From Hylemonella sp. (GTDB lineage: Bacteria > Pseudomonadota > Gammaproteobacteria > Burkholderiales > Burkholderiaceae_C), in NCBI GenBank assembly GCA_030695415.1, contig JAUYQZ010000014.1, forward strand, positions 19,965-83,964: a stretch of DNA of 64,000 nt, given 5' to 3'. The notes beneath the pieces were generated by a model that had not been told where the DNA came from, did no database searches, and worked only from the letters and a program-made list of their open reading frames with translations. Positions 1 to 9,680 of this stretch are shown here, piece by piece (positions within the stretch are counted from its first letter, which is position 1; each line of letters opens with the position of its first letter). The position numbers were made by a program, and so were the translations under genes.

Positions 1-628
1 CGTCGCCCGCCTCAGGCTCCTTACGGTCCAGGAACAGCATGGGCTTGTCCTTTTCAGACATCTCGGAACTGGCATAGTCAACGATCCGATCCAGATGCCG
101 GCCGATCAGGCGATAGAACAAGACAAAGATGAATGCCCCGACCAGGAACGTCTTCAGAGTGTTGGCGGCGAGACGGAAGAGCAGATGGGAGAGAACGCGG
201 TCGACCGCACCCTGGTAAGAAGCCGCAACTACCAGTTCCCCGAGATCCTGCATCACTCCCCGATGCAGACGACGCAGGTCAAACGTGCGAGTCACGCCCG
301 CACCATCGAGCACTTCGCCGCGCCGCATCAGGATCACGGCGCCCACGCGAATTTCGGCCAGAACAAAATCAGGCAACCGCACGATGCCCTGCAACTGCGT
401 ATCCAGCCGCTCCCGGTCCATGACCCAGAGGTTCTCGACGAGGCTCTCCACGTAGGAGAGTTCGATCTGACGCATCTGGGCATCGATCGACGTCACGTCC
501 TCGCGATACTCCAGCGTCAGCTCGACCACTGTCACCACGATCGCGAGTGCTGAGCTGAAGAGAATGATGAATGCTGCAAACCTCAGCGCCAGACGACGCG
601 AGTGGAAATCGCGAAACACGGAAATCAT
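1..628 (-). CDS. Membrane-bound sensor protein (N-terminal part; likely histidine kinase or diguanylate cyclase), runs off the window edge
   Basis: Not in the ORF track. Read manually from ATG at 628: MISVFRDFHSRRLALRFAAFIILFSSALAIVVTVVELTLEYRED...SLVENLWVMDRERLDTQLQGI...LKTFLVGAFIFVLFYRLIGRHLDRIVDYA. Pattern is TM1, periplasmic domain, TM2, HAMP-like start; open to position 1. Confidence 0.8.
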   Translation of the reverse strand, partial: MISVFRDFHSRRLALRFAAFIILFSSALAIVVTVVELTLEYREDVTSIDAQMRQIELSYVESLVENLWVMDRERLDTQLQGIVRLPDFVLAEIRVGAVILMRRGEVLDGAGVTRTFDLRRLHRGVMQDLGELVVAASYQGAVDRVLSHLLFRLAANTLKTFLVGAFIFVLFYRLIGRHLDRIVDYASSEMSEKDKPMLFLDRKEPEAGD

Positions 629-629
629 T

Positions 630-1394
630 TCAGTTCATCCGCGTTCCCAGCGTCGCGCTGTAAATGCGTTGATAGGTTCCGTCCTGCTTCAGTCGTCGCA
701 GCGCCTCGGCCAGACGGGGGGCCAGAGCCGCGTGCTTCCTGTGCACGTAGATGTACAGCTTGCTTCTCAACAGGGGAGGCTCCATGGTCTGAACAATCAG
801 CCCCTTCTCCCGCGCCTTGATCAGGCCATGCAAGCGCTCATAAAGAACCACATCTGTACGCCCCATCTCCAGCAATGTGAACAGTTGATCGACGTTGCTT
901 GCCAGAGCGAGTTCCTTGACCCCGGAAACGTTGGCCTCGAAAGCCTTCCAGCCGATGATGTAGCTTACGGCATAGGGCGAGAGCGACTCCCAGTTGGCCG
1001 TCGGAAACCGATGCCGGATGGAGAAAGCCACGAAGTCGAAGGTCACCAACTCTTCGGGCACTCGCACCAGGTTCGGGTACTGTTTTTCCAATCCTGCAAC
1101 ACGGGCACCCATTCCGTCCTCGATGCCAGCATCAGCATTGGCCAACTGCCTCTCGAAAGCGCCCTGATACACGAAGACCTCTGCGTCAATACCGGCCTCA
1201 CGGAACACCAGCGGCATCAGCAGGTCGGTGAACCCGCTTTTTTCCTGGGTGGTGTAGGGTGGTTGCAGCGTGAAGCTGAAAACCAGTTTCACGGCGGCTT
1301 CCGCAGGAGACACGATGCTGAAAAGCGCAAGCAGCAAAACGATCCGTAGAGAAGAAAAGCGTCCCCTGAGAAGACAGATGCCCGACATATTCAT
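630..1394 (-). CDS. Periplasmic solute-binding protein (family 3-like)
   Basis: Signal peptide, PPY motif near the N-terminus, LxxGRxDV motif, 'AEALRRLKQDGTYQRIY' C-terminus. Confidence 0.8.
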   Translation of the reverse strand: MNMSGICLLRGRFSSLRIVLLLALFSIVSPAEAAVKLVFSFTLQPPYTTQEKSGFTDLLMPLVFREAGIDAEVFVYQGAFERQLANADAGIEDGMGARVAGLEKQYPNLVRVPEELVTFDFVAFSIRHRFPTANWESLSPYAVSYIIGWKAFEANVSGVKELALASNVDQLFTLLEMGRTDVVLYERLHGLIKAREKGLIVQTMEPPLLRSKLYIYVHRKHAALAPRLAEALRRLKQDGTYQRIYSATLGTRMN

Positions 1395-1401
1395 CGTGAA
1401 C

Positions 1402-2157
1402 TCACTTCGAGAGCTGCCTCAGCGTTCTGTCGAAAATCCGCTGATAGCTTCCATTTCTCTTCAGCTCGATCAGCGCCTGTGCCACCTTGGGAACCAGGGC
1501 CGCATGCTTCTTGTGCAGGTAGATATACATCTCTGTTCGCAACAGGGGCGGCTCCATCACGCGGGCCTTGATGCCCATGCTGCGAGCTTGCGTCAACCCC
1601 TGCCAGCGCTCGTACAGGGCCACGTCCGCGCGGCCATTCTCCAGCAGCAGGAAGAGCTGCTCTGCGTCCCGCACCAGCGTCATCTCCCCTACCTTGGGTA
1701 CATGCCTCTCGAACACCTTCCAGCCGATGATGTAGGCGACGGAATAGGGTTTGAGCGCACTCCAGTCGTGCGTGGCGAACTGGTGCTGGGTGGAGAGCGC
1801 CACGAAATCGTTGACTACGATGGGCTCGGGGACCCGGATCAGGTTGGGATACTGCTGTTCCAGACCGGCGATACGCATAGCCAGGCCATCGTCGACCCCT
1901 TCGTTGGCATTGAGCATGCCTCGCTCGGTCGCGGTGGGGTAGACCATGAGCTCGGCGTCCTCACCGAACTGGCGAAAGATCGCCGGCAGCATCTGATCCA
2001 GGAAGCCCTGGCGGTCAGGCGTCGTGTAGGGCGTCAACACCCCGGAAGACAGCACCAGCTTGTCGCGCGCGCAGGCCAGCATCGGCGTGCCGGCAACCAA
2101 GGCCAACAGCAGCATCTGGCTGGCCGCGCGTCTCCATTCATGCAAACTGTTCTGCAT
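1402..2157 (-). CDS. Periplasmic solute-binding protein (family 3-like), paralog of 630-1394
   Basis: Same motifs (LTPYTT, GLEQQYPNLIRVPE, LENGRADV, LKRNGSYQRIF). Start uncertain (2157 or 2115); the ORF-track extension to 2382 overlaps chaC and is unlikely. Confidence 0.8.
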   Translation of the reverse strand: MQNSLHEWRRAASQMLLLALVAGTPMLACARDKLVLSSGVLTPYTTPDRQGFLDQMLPAIFRQFGEDAELMVYPTATERGMLNANEGVDDGLAMRIAGLEQQYPNLIRVPEPIVVNDFVALSTQHQFATHDWSALKPYSVAYIIGWKVFERHVPKVGEMTLVRDAEQLFLLLENGRADVALYERWQGLTQARSMGIKARVMEPPLLRTEMYIYLHKKHAALVPKVAQALIELKRNGSYQRIFDRTLRQLSK

Positions 2158-2315
2158 CCGCTTGTTTTGGTTGTGATAATTTCTCTGCTGCATTTGCCCG
2201 AAACCCGGTACAGGCCTTGGACCATCATCAGACCAGGACAATGTGATGAAAGCCGGAACTCCGCTGCAGTGCGCAGGTTCGTCAAACCCCGAAAGTTTAG
2301 TCCGTTTCATCTGCC

Positions 2316-2927
2316 ATGAATACTTCATCCAGGCTGACCGCACCCATCCTGCGTGACCCGGCACCCATGCTGGAACGCACACTGGCCGAATGGGGCGGAC
2401 GCGGGGATCTCTGGGTCTTCGGCTACGCCTCCCTGATCTGGCGACCCGATTTCGAGGTGGCCGAGCGGCGCTCGGCCCGTGTGCAGGGCTGGCACCGGGC
2501 CCTGAAGATGTGGAGCCGCATCAACCGTGGCAGCCCGGAAGTGCCCGGGCTGGTCTTTGGCCTGCTCTCGGGCGGCAGCTGTCGCGGGGTGGTGCTGCGG
2601 GTCAAGCAGCGCAAGGCGGGGGCTGTGCTGGCCCAGTTGTGGGAGCGCGAGATGCCCACCGGCGTCTACGACCCGCGCTGGCTGCGCTGCGAAACACCGC
2701 AAGGCCCCGTACCGGCCCTGGCATTCACTCTGTCGCGCCACAGCCCCAACTTCACGGGCCAACTCAGCGCGGCACAGTACCGCCATATCTTTGCCCACGC
2801 GCAGGGCCGCTATGGCAGCACGCACGACTACGCGCACCAGACCTATGCCAGCCTGAAGACCCACGGGATCCACGACCGGGCGCTGGAACAGTTGCTGGCG
2901 CACAGCCCGGGGCTGCAGCAGGGCTGA
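2316..2927 (+). CDS. chaC: ChaC-like glutathione-specific gamma-glutamylcyclotransferase
   Basis: LWVFGYASLIW, RGSPEVPGLV and LWEREM motifs. Confidence 0.88.
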   Translation: MNTSSRLTAPILRDPAPMLERTLAEWGGRGDLWVFGYASLIWRPDFEVAERRSARVQGWHRALKMWSRINRGSPEVPGLVFGLLSGGSCRGVVLRVKQRKAGAVLAQLWEREMPTGVYDPRWLRCETPQGPVPALAFTLSRHSPNFTGQLSAAQYRHIFAHAQGRYGSTHDYAHQTYASLKTHGIHDRALEQLLAHSPGLQQG

Positions 2928-3043
2928 AGCGACCCGGTCGAGAGACTCTGCTGCCAACAGGGTCGCAGGTCCCGAGCGCCGCCACTTGCTGGTGCCGGGT
3001 CTAGAGTGTGTCTGCCTGTTCAACCAACGAAACGGAGACACCC

Positions 3044-3565
3044 ATGATGCGCACCCTTTCAACCCTGACCCTCGCAAGCACGCTGGCACTGGCCGGCTGC
3101 AGTACGCTGTCTGGCGGCCCTTCGGCCAGCGCCCAGCTCCAGCCTACCCGCGGCAACACCACCAGCGGCGAGGCGCGCTTTGTGCAGCGGGGCGACAAGG
3201 TCATGGTCAGCGGCGAGGTGCGTGGGCTCAAGCCCGGCGCCGAGCACGGTTTTCATGTGCACGACAAGGGCGATTGCTCCAGTGGTGACGGCATGAGCAC
3301 CGGCGGGCACTTCAATCCCGGGAGCAGGAAGCATGGCGCCCATGGCGGTGGTGAACACCACGCCGGCGACCTGCCCAGCCTGAAGGCCGACGCCAACGGC
3401 GTGGCGCGCTTCAGCTTCGAGTCCCGCACGATTGCCGTGGGCAGCGGCAGCAACGACATCGTGGGCCGCGGCCTGATCGTGCACCGCGACCCTGACGACT
3501 ACACCACCCAACCCACCGGCAATGCCGGTCCCCGCCTGGCCTGTGCCGTGATCGCGCGTCAGTGA
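3044..3565 (+). CDS. sodC: Cu/Zn superoxide dismutase, lipoprotein
   Basis: Lipobox LAGC; HGFHVH, GGHFNP, HAGDLP, IVHRDPD and GNAGPRLACAVI motifs; GGAG RBS before ATG 3044. Confidence 0.93.
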   Translation: MMRTLSTLTLASTLALAGCSTLSGGPSASAQLQPTRGNTTSGEARFVQRGDKVMVSGEVRGLKPGAEHGFHVHDKGDCSSGDGMSTGGHFNPGSRKHGAHGGGEHHAGDLPSLKADANGVARFSFESRTIAVGSGSNDIVGRGLIVHRDPDDYTTQPTGNAGPRLACAVIARQ

Positions 3566-3572
3566 TTGCGGC

Positions 3573-4109
3573 CTATTGAGCTGCACGTGAGCGCAGGATT
3601 TGCAGCGCCTGCTGCAGGTCCTGCACCGTGTCGATATCGGTGACGCAGCCGGCATCGTCCACCTGGAGTTCGGTGACGCCGAATTGACGCACCACCGGCG
3701 CCGCCCCTGTCTCACCAGTCAGCGCCAGCAGCGCGGCAGCACAGGCGCGCGCGAAGCGCACAGGATGACCGTGCCGGCCCTGGTAGACGGGTCGCACCAA
3801 GGCCTGTTCGGCGGGAGCCGTCGCCACCCGGCGCAAGGTCTCGGGCAGGACCAGGGGCAAGTCGGCCGGCAGGATGAGCCAGCCGTCGGCATCGGCGGTG
3901 GCGCGCACGGCGGCGGCAATCGAGTCGCCCATGCCGGGGTGGCCGGCGTGTTCCAGGTGATACGGCAGGCCGCTGGCGCGCACGGCGTCCAGCGTGTGCT
4001 GCAACACAGTCTTATTGCCCAGCAGGGCCTGCAATTTGTGCGTGCTGCCGCCGGAGGCGAGGAAACGCTCACCGCGCCCCGAGGCGAGCACGAGCACCAC
4101 CGGGTTCAT
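3573..4109 (-). CDS. MocA/MobA-like NTP-transferase (molybdopterin cytidylyltransferase-like)
   Basis: [29 protein letters not shown] and DIDT motifs; adjacent to xdhC-like gene. Confidence 0.82.
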   Translation of the reverse strand: MNPVVLVLASGRGERFLASGGSTHKLQALLGNKTVLQHTLDAVRASGLPYHLEHAGHPGMGDSIAAAVRATADADGWLILPADLPLVLPETLRRVATAPAEQALVRPVYQGRHGHPVRFARACAAALLALTGETGAAPVVRQFGVTELQVDDAGCVTDIDTVQDLQQALQILRSRAAQ

Positions 4110-4124
4110 CAGGACCACGCCCTC

Positions 4125-5126
4125 TCAGGCTGTGATGCAGCCCGGCGCGTTGAGCACGCGCCGGCTGGCCGCATTCTTGACCTGGACGATCTCGGCCAGG
4201 ACGGAAACGGCAATCTCGGCCGGGGTGCGCGCGCCGATGTCCAGGCCCACCGGGCCATGCAGGCGGGCCAGCTCTTCGGCGCTGAGATCGAAGTGTTCGG
4301 CCAGGCGCTGCTTGCGCACCTCCTGGTTGCGGCGCGAGCCGAGTGCGCCGACATAAAACGCGGCGGACTTCAGGGCTTCCAGCAAGGCCATGTCGTCGAG
4401 CTTGGGGTCGTGCGTGAGCGCGACGATGGCGGTATGTGCATCAGGCAGCATCTCGCGCACCACGTCGTCGGGCATGCCCGGCACGCGCTGCACGCCCTCC
4501 AGGCCCAGTGTGGCGGCATATTCTTCGCGCGGATCGCAGACCAGTACCTCGAAATCCAGCAGGCCGGCCATCTGCGCCACGGCCTGCGAGAGCTGGCCGG
4601 CACCGATGAGCAGCAGGCGCCACTTGGGGCCGAAGACCGTGGTCAGATGCTGGTCATCGAAGCTCATGGACTGGCCACGCACCGTATCGGCCAACGTCAC
4701 CTGGCCCGTGGCCAGGTCCAGGGTGCGCGCTACCAGGCGGTGTTCGGCCGTGCGCGCCAGCAGCTGCTCGATCCAGTTCGCGTCCGTCAGCGGTTCCTGC
4801 ACCAGGCGCAGCGTGCCGCCGCAAGGCAGGCCAAAACGCGCCGCCTCGTCCTTGTTGACGCCGTAGACGATGAGCTCGGGCTTGGCGGCCGCCGGGTCCT
4901 GCCGGCCCGTCGCCAGGGCCGCCTTGGCGCGTACGATCAGGTCATCCTCGATGCAGCCGCCCGAGACCGAGCCGCTGACCACGCCATCCTCGCGCACAGC
5001 CAGCAGCGCCCCGGGCGGGCGCGGCGCGCTGCCCCAGGTCTGCACCACGGTGACCAGCGAGACGGCACGGCCGGCACGCTTCCAGGCCAGCGCGTCGGCC
5101 AGCACACGCAGATCCAGACTTTCCAT
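4125..5126 (-). CDS. XdhC/CoxI family molybdoenzyme maturation protein
   Basis: [33 protein letters not shown] and [18 protein letters not shown] motifs; AAGGAG RBS. Confidence 0.9.
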   Translation of the reverse strand: MESLDLRVLADALAWKRAGRAVSLVTVVQTWGSAPRPPGALLAVREDGVVSGSVSGGCIEDDLIVRAKAALATGRQDPAAAKPELIVYGVNKDEAARFGLPCGGTLRLVQEPLTDANWIEQLLARTAEHRLVARTLDLATGQVTLADTVRGQSMSFDDQHLTTVFGPKWRLLLIGAGQLSQAVAQMAGLLDFEVLVCDPREEYAATLGLEGVQRVPGMPDDVVREMLPDAHTAIVALTHDPKLDDMALLEALKSAAFYVGALGSRRNQEVRKQRLAEHFDLSAEELARLHGPVGLDIGARTPAEIAVSVLAEIVQVKNAASRRVLNAPGCITA

Positions 5127-5168
5127 GAGGCAGTCTCCTTCGCAATCTGTTTTTTCTATACTGCAAGT

Positions 5169-5807
5169 ATGACCAAAATCGCCGACCTCCGCAAAAGCTA
5201 CGAACGCGCCGAACTCAGCGAGGCTGCCTCGCACGCCGACCCGCTGCAGCAGTTCGACCAGTGGCTGCACGAAGCGATCCAGACCGAAGTCCCCGAGCCC
5301 AACGCCATGACCGTGGCCACGGTGGCCAGCGACCTGCGGCCATCGACCCGGGTGGTGCTGATCAAGGGGTATGACGCCCGCGGCATCGTCTGGTACAGCA
5401 ACTACGACAGCCGCAAGGGCCGCGAGCTGGCCGGCAACCCCTTTGCCGCACTGCAGTTCCACTGGGTGGAGCTGGAGCGCGTGGTGCGCATCGAAGGCCG
5501 GGTGGAACGGGTCAGTGCCGAGGAAAGCGACGAATACTTCCACAGCCGCCCGCTCGATTCACGCATCGGCGCCTGGGCCAGCCCGCAAAGCCAGGTCATC
5601 AGCAGCCGCGGCGTGCTGGTGGCCAATGCCGCGAAGTACGCCGCGCAGTTCCTGCTGCAGCCGCCGCGCCCCCCGCACTGGGGCGGCTACCGCCTGCTGC
5701 CCGAGCGCTGGGAGTTCTGGCAGGGCCGGCCCAGCCGCCTGCACGACCGGCTGCGTTACGCGCCTGACAGTCGCGGCGGGTGGACGCGCGAACGGCTCGC
5801 GCCCTGA
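5169..5807 (+). CDS. pdxH: Pyridoxamine 5'-phosphate oxidase
   Basis: C-terminal part of the 3600-5807 ORF: [27 protein letters not shown] and [13 protein letters not shown] motifs. Confidence 0.95.
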   Translation: MTKIADLRKSYERAELSEAASHADPLQQFDQWLHEAIQTEVPEPNAMTVATVASDLRPSTRVVLIKGYDARGIVWYSNYDSRKGRELAGNPFAALQFHWVELERVVRIEGRVERVSAEESDEYFHSRPLDSRIGAWASPQSQVISSRGVLVANAAKYAAQFLLQPPRPPHWGGYRLLPERWEFWQGRPSRLHDRLRYAPDSRGGWTRERLAP

Positions 5808-5811
5808 TCGC

Positions 5812-6750
5812 TCACAACAGGCCCGCGAGCCACATCACCAGCGGCAGCGTCAGCAGAGCCGCCGCATTGGAGACGATGACACTCGCCGTCACCAGGTCCT
5901 CGGCCACCGCATAGCGCTGCGAGAACAGGAACACGTTGGCGCCGATGGGCAGCGCGGCGGTCACCACCATCACCAGCAGCGGCAGGCCCGACAGGCCCAG
6001 CAGCAGGCCCAGCCCGGCGACGAGCGCCGGCATCAGCAGGTTCTTGGCCAGCATCACGCCCAGCGCGCCGCGCAGCTGCGGGCCCACGCCCGAGCCGGCC
6101 AGCGTGACGCCCACCAGCAGCAGCGCCAGCGGGCCGAAGGCGTTGCCCAGCCACTGCAGCGGCCGGTCCACCACCTCGGGCAGCACCCAGCCGGTCTGGG
6201 CGAACAGCAGGCCCGCAAGGATGGGCAGCGGCACCGGGTGGACGACGGCGTTGCGCACCGCGCCCAGCACAGTGCGCCAGATGGCGCGAGGCTGCGCCTG
6301 CGCAGCCTCGCGGGCCACCGCGAGCTCCAGGATCACCGTGCCGGCCGTCAGCAGCACCAGCGCATGCAGCGAGACCAGCGTGAGCAGGATCACCAGCCCG
6401 GCCTGTCCGTAGGCCAGACCGATGAGTGCGATGCCGATCATCACCGTGTTGCTGAAGCTCGCGGCCAGCGCCAGCACCGCGGCGCGCCGGTTGAAGCCCT
6501 GCAGCGCCAGCGTGGCGGCGAAGAGGATCAGCACGGCCACGAAATAGGCCGCCAGCGGCCGGAAATCGAGCTGCTCGACGTGCACCGTGCTCATGGTGCG
6601 AAACATCAGCGCCGGAGTCAGCACGACGAAGACGAGGTTGGAGAGATCCTTGCTGGACTCGGCGCGGATCCAGCGCAGTCGCCCGGCCAGGTAGCCCAGC
6701 GCCACCAGCAGCACGACGGGGATCAGGGCCGAGAAAACGGGATGGTTCAC
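5812..6750 (-). CDS. AEC (auxin efflux carrier) family transporter
   Basis: About 10 hydrophobic segments; SFSNTVMIG and AALPIGANVFLFS motifs. Confidence 0.85.
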   Translation of the reverse strand: MNHPVFSALIPVVLLVALGYLAGRLRWIRAESSKDLSNLVFVVLTPALMFRTMSTVHVEQLDFRPLAAYFVAVLILFAATLALQGFNRRAAVLALAASFSNTVMIGIALIGLAYGQAGLVILLTLVSLHALVLLTAGTVILELAVAREAAQAQPRAIWRTVLGAVRNAVVHPVPLPILAGLLFAQTGWVLPEVVDRPLQWLGNAFGPLALLLVGVTLAGSGVGPQLRGALGVMLAKNLLMPALVAGLGLLLGLSGLPLLVMVVTAALPIGANVFLFSQRYAVAEDLVTASVIVSNAAALLTLPLVMWLAGLL

Positions 6751-6783
6751 CCACCGATCGTAAGGGCAAAGCCCAGGGCGAGG

Positions 6784-9456
6784 TCAGTTCAAGCGGGCCT
6801 GCAATTCCAGCGCGATCGGACAGGCGCGGTCACCGTCCTCCACCGGCCCTTCGACAAATCCGAGGTGGCGTGCTAGTTCACGCATGCGTGCGTTCTCAAG
6901 CATGACGTCGCCGGTGATACGCTGCGTGCCGCGCGCGCGCTGGTAGCGGATCAGCTTGTCCATCAGCAGCGCGCCCAGGCCCCGACCCTTGAGGTCGGAA
7001 CGCACGATGACGCCGAACTCGGCCGCCACGTTGTCGGGGTCGGTCACGGCCCGCACCACGCCCAGCGTCTCCTCGCGGCCACCAGCGCCGGACGCCACGG
7101 CAATGAAGGCCATCTCGCGCTCGTAGTCGATCTGCATCAGGCGAGCCAGCTCACTGTGCTCGATGCTGCGCCGGCTGTAGAACACGCGCATGCGGACGTC
7201 CTCGGACTCCAGGCTTTCCAGGAAGGCGCGGTGCTGTGCCTCGTCCTCGGGGCGGATCGGGCGCAGCGTCAGCGTGCGCTCACCCCAGCGCACGGTCTCG
7301 ACCAGTTCGCTCGGATAGGGCCGGATGGCAAAGTTGCCCGAACCCGCCGGCGCGGCGGGACTCAGGCGGATGCGCGCATCGAGCGCGATGACGCCCTCGA
7401 AGTTGACGATCAGCGGGTTGATGTCGAGCTCGGCCAGTTCGGGTATGTCGGCCAGCAGCTGCGACACCGCCAGCAGCACGGCGTGCAGGGCGGCTTCGTC
7501 CACTGCGGGCGTGTCACGCCAGCCGCCCAGCAGACGGGACACGCGCGTGCGCGCCACCAGCGCGCGGGCCAGCGGCACGTTCAGCGGCGGCAGCGCCACG
7601 GCGCGGTCGGCCAGCACCTCGACCGCCGTGCCACCCTGGCCGAACAGCACGACCGGACCGAAGACGCGATCGATGCTGGCGCCGACGATCAGTTCCTGCG
7701 CATGGGGACGACGCACCATGGCCTGCACGCTGAAACCCTGCAGCCGCGCCTCAGGCCGGGCCTGGCGCACCCGCGCCAGCATGGTCTGCGCGGCGGCCTG
7801 GACTTCCGTCCCGCTGCCCAGGTTGAGCACCACGCCGCCGACATCGGACTTGTGCGAGATGTCGTCCGACACGATCTTCAGTACCACCGGAAAGCCAATC
7901 GCCTCGGCCGCCGCCTGCGCCGCCGCGGGCTCGGCTGCGACGCGGCGTGTCGCCACCACCGGGATGCCGTAGGCCGCCAGCACGGTCTTGGCCTCGGGCT
8001 CGCTCAACATCTCGCGACCGCTGGCCAGCACCTGCTGCACCAGGGCCTGCACCGCCGCGGTATCGGCCGGTACCCCGGCCACAGCCGCCGGCGGGGCCTC
8101 GAGCAGTTGCGTCTGGTTGCGCCGGTAGGTCACGCCCATGGCAAAGGCACGCACCGCCTGCTCGGGCGTCTCGAAGCCGGCAATGCCGGCCTGGCGGAAG
8201 ATCTGCCGCGCCTCGTCGACCGCGCCGTCCCCAAGCCAGCAGCCCAGCAGGCGTGGGACATCGCCGCCCGCCAGCGGCACCAGCGCGCGCGCGATGTCGG
8301 CACTGGGCACGATGGCCGTGGGCGCATGGATGAACAGCACGGCGCCGGCCGCCGGATCCGTGGCCAGCGCCTGCAGCGCCTGGACGTAGCGCGTCACCGG
8401 CGCATCGCCGATGATGTCCACCGGGTTGCCGTGTGACCAGTTGGCCGGCAGCACCGCGTCGAGCCGCGTCAGCGTGGCCGGCGCCAGCTCGGCCAGCGCC
8501 ATGCCCATGTGGGCCGCCGCATCGGCGGCCATGACACCGGCGCCACCGCCATTGGTCAGGATGGTGAGTGCATCCGCGCTGTTGCTGCGGAAGTGCGTCA
8601 GCGTCTCGGCCGCCAGGAAGAGCTGCTGCAGCGTATCCACGCGCAACATGCCGGCGCGCGCGATGGCGGCGTCGTAGACCAGGTCGGAGCCGGCCAGCGC
8701 CCCGGTATGGGAGGCCGCGGCGCGCTGGCCCTGCTGCGAACGTCCGGCCTTGACCACGATGACCGGCTTGTTGCGCGCCGCCGCCCGCGCGGCCGACATG
8801 AACTTGCGCGGCGACTCGATCGACTCGATGTAGAGCAGGATGGCGCGCGTGCGCCCATCGCTGGCCAGATAGTCGAGCAGATCGCCGAAGTCGACGTCGG
8901 CATGCTCGCCCAGCGAGACGAAATGCGAAAAACCGATGCTGCGCGATTGCGCCCAGTCCAGCATGGCCGTCATCAGCGCGCCCGACTGGGTGACGAAGGC
9001 CAGCTCGCCCGGCGCCGCGTCGACATGGGCAAAGCTGGCATTCAGGCCCAGGTGCGGCGCCAGCAGGCCGATGCAGTTGGGGCCGAGGATGCGCAGCAGG
9101 CTGGGCCGCGCCGCATCGAGCATGGCCTGCTTCTGCGCCGCGTCGAGCCCGGCTGTGAGCACCACGGCCGCGCGCGTGCCGTGCCGGGCCAATTCGGCAA
9201 CCAGTCCCGGCACGGTGGCCGGCGGCGTGCAGATCAGGGCCAGGTCGGGCACCGCCGGCAGATCCTGCACCCGGGCGTACACGGGCTGGCCATCGAGTTC
9301 GCGATGCTTGGGGTTGACGGCGTACACCGGCCCGGCAAAGCGGCCTTGGCGCAGGTTGCGCCAGACCGTGCCGCCGACGCTGGCCGGGCGCGCCGACGCA
9401 CCGAAGACCGCGACCGAAGCCGGCGTCAGGAGGGGATCAAGGTTACGGATGCTCAT
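6784..9456 (-). CDS. Pat/YfiQ-type protein lysine acetyltransferase (NDP-forming acyl-CoA ligase-like domains plus C-terminal GNAT)
   Basis: CoA-binding start (SVAVFGAS), LGPNCIG, SHTGALAGSD, ATP-grasp-like HKSDVGGV, C-terminal GNAT (LRPIRPED, KGRGLG). Confidence 0.9.
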   Translation of the reverse strand: MSIRNLDPLLTPASVAVFGASARPASVGGTVWRNLRQGRFAGPVYAVNPKHRELDGQPVYARVQDLPAVPDLALICTPPATVPGLVAELARHGTRAAVVLTAGLDAAQKQAMLDAARPSLLRILGPNCIGLLAPHLGLNASFAHVDAAPGELAFVTQSGALMTAMLDWAQSRSIGFSHFVSLGEHADVDFGDLLDYLASDGRTRAILLYIESIESPRKFMSAARAAARNKPVIVVKAGRSQQGQRAAASHTGALAGSDLVYDAAIARAGMLRVDTLQQLFLAAETLTHFRSNSADALTILTNGGGAGVMAADAAAHMGMALAELAPATLTRLDAVLPANWSHGNPVDIIGDAPVTRYVQALQALATDPAAGAVLFIHAPTAIVPSADIARALVPLAGGDVPRLLGCWLGDGAVDEARQIFRQAGIAGFETPEQAVRAFAMGVTYRRNQTQLLEAPPAAVAGVPADTAAVQALVQQVLASGREMLSEPEAKTVLAAYGIPVVATRRVAAEPAAAQAAAEAIGFPVVLKIVSDDISHKSDVGGVVLNLGSGTEVQAAAQTMLARVRQARPEARLQGFSVQAMVRRPHAQELIVGASIDRVFGPVVLFGQGGTAVEVLADRAVALPPLNVPLARALVARTRVSRLLGGWRDTPAVDEAALHAVLLAVSQLLADIPELAELDINPLIVNFEGVIALDARIRLSPAAPAGSGNFAIRPYPSELVETVRWGERTLTLRPIRPEDEAQHRAFLESLESEDVRMRVFYSRRSIEHSELARLMQIDYEREMAFIAVASGAGGREETLGVVRAVTDPDNVAAEFGVIVRSDLKGRGLGALLMDKLIRYQRARGTQRITGDVMLENARMRELARHLGFVEGPVEDGDRACPIALELQARLN

Positions 9457-9500
9457 GCAGGGCACCGACCGCAGGCGGCCGTCAGGAAGTTGCACCTGAC

Positions 9501-9541
9501 ACTGTAGCCCGCAACGATGTCCCCCGTTTGACACATGTCAT
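9501..9541 (-). promoter_or_regulatory. Putative FNR/Crp-family class II promoter of the Pat gene
   Basis: TTGAC-ACAT-GTCAT palindrome at 9528-9541; minus-strand TACAGT -10 at 9506-9501; spacing puts the box near -41. Confidence 0.5.
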
Positions 9542-9680
9542 CGATCCGGTGAGCCCGCGCATGCCCGAGCCGTCCAAGGTGCACCATGCATGCCGCTCCG
9601 GCATGGAAACCCGATCTCCCGGATCGCGCTGGCGCCCGGCCTGCCACGCCGGGAGCCCCTGCCGGATGAACACCAGGACA

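Noticed and set aside
3600-5168. 735-aa ORF that looks like a long N-terminal fusion to PdxH
   Set aside because: The upstream part is the antisense shadow of the xdhC- and mocA-like genes. PdxH starts at 5169, directly after a TATACT -10.
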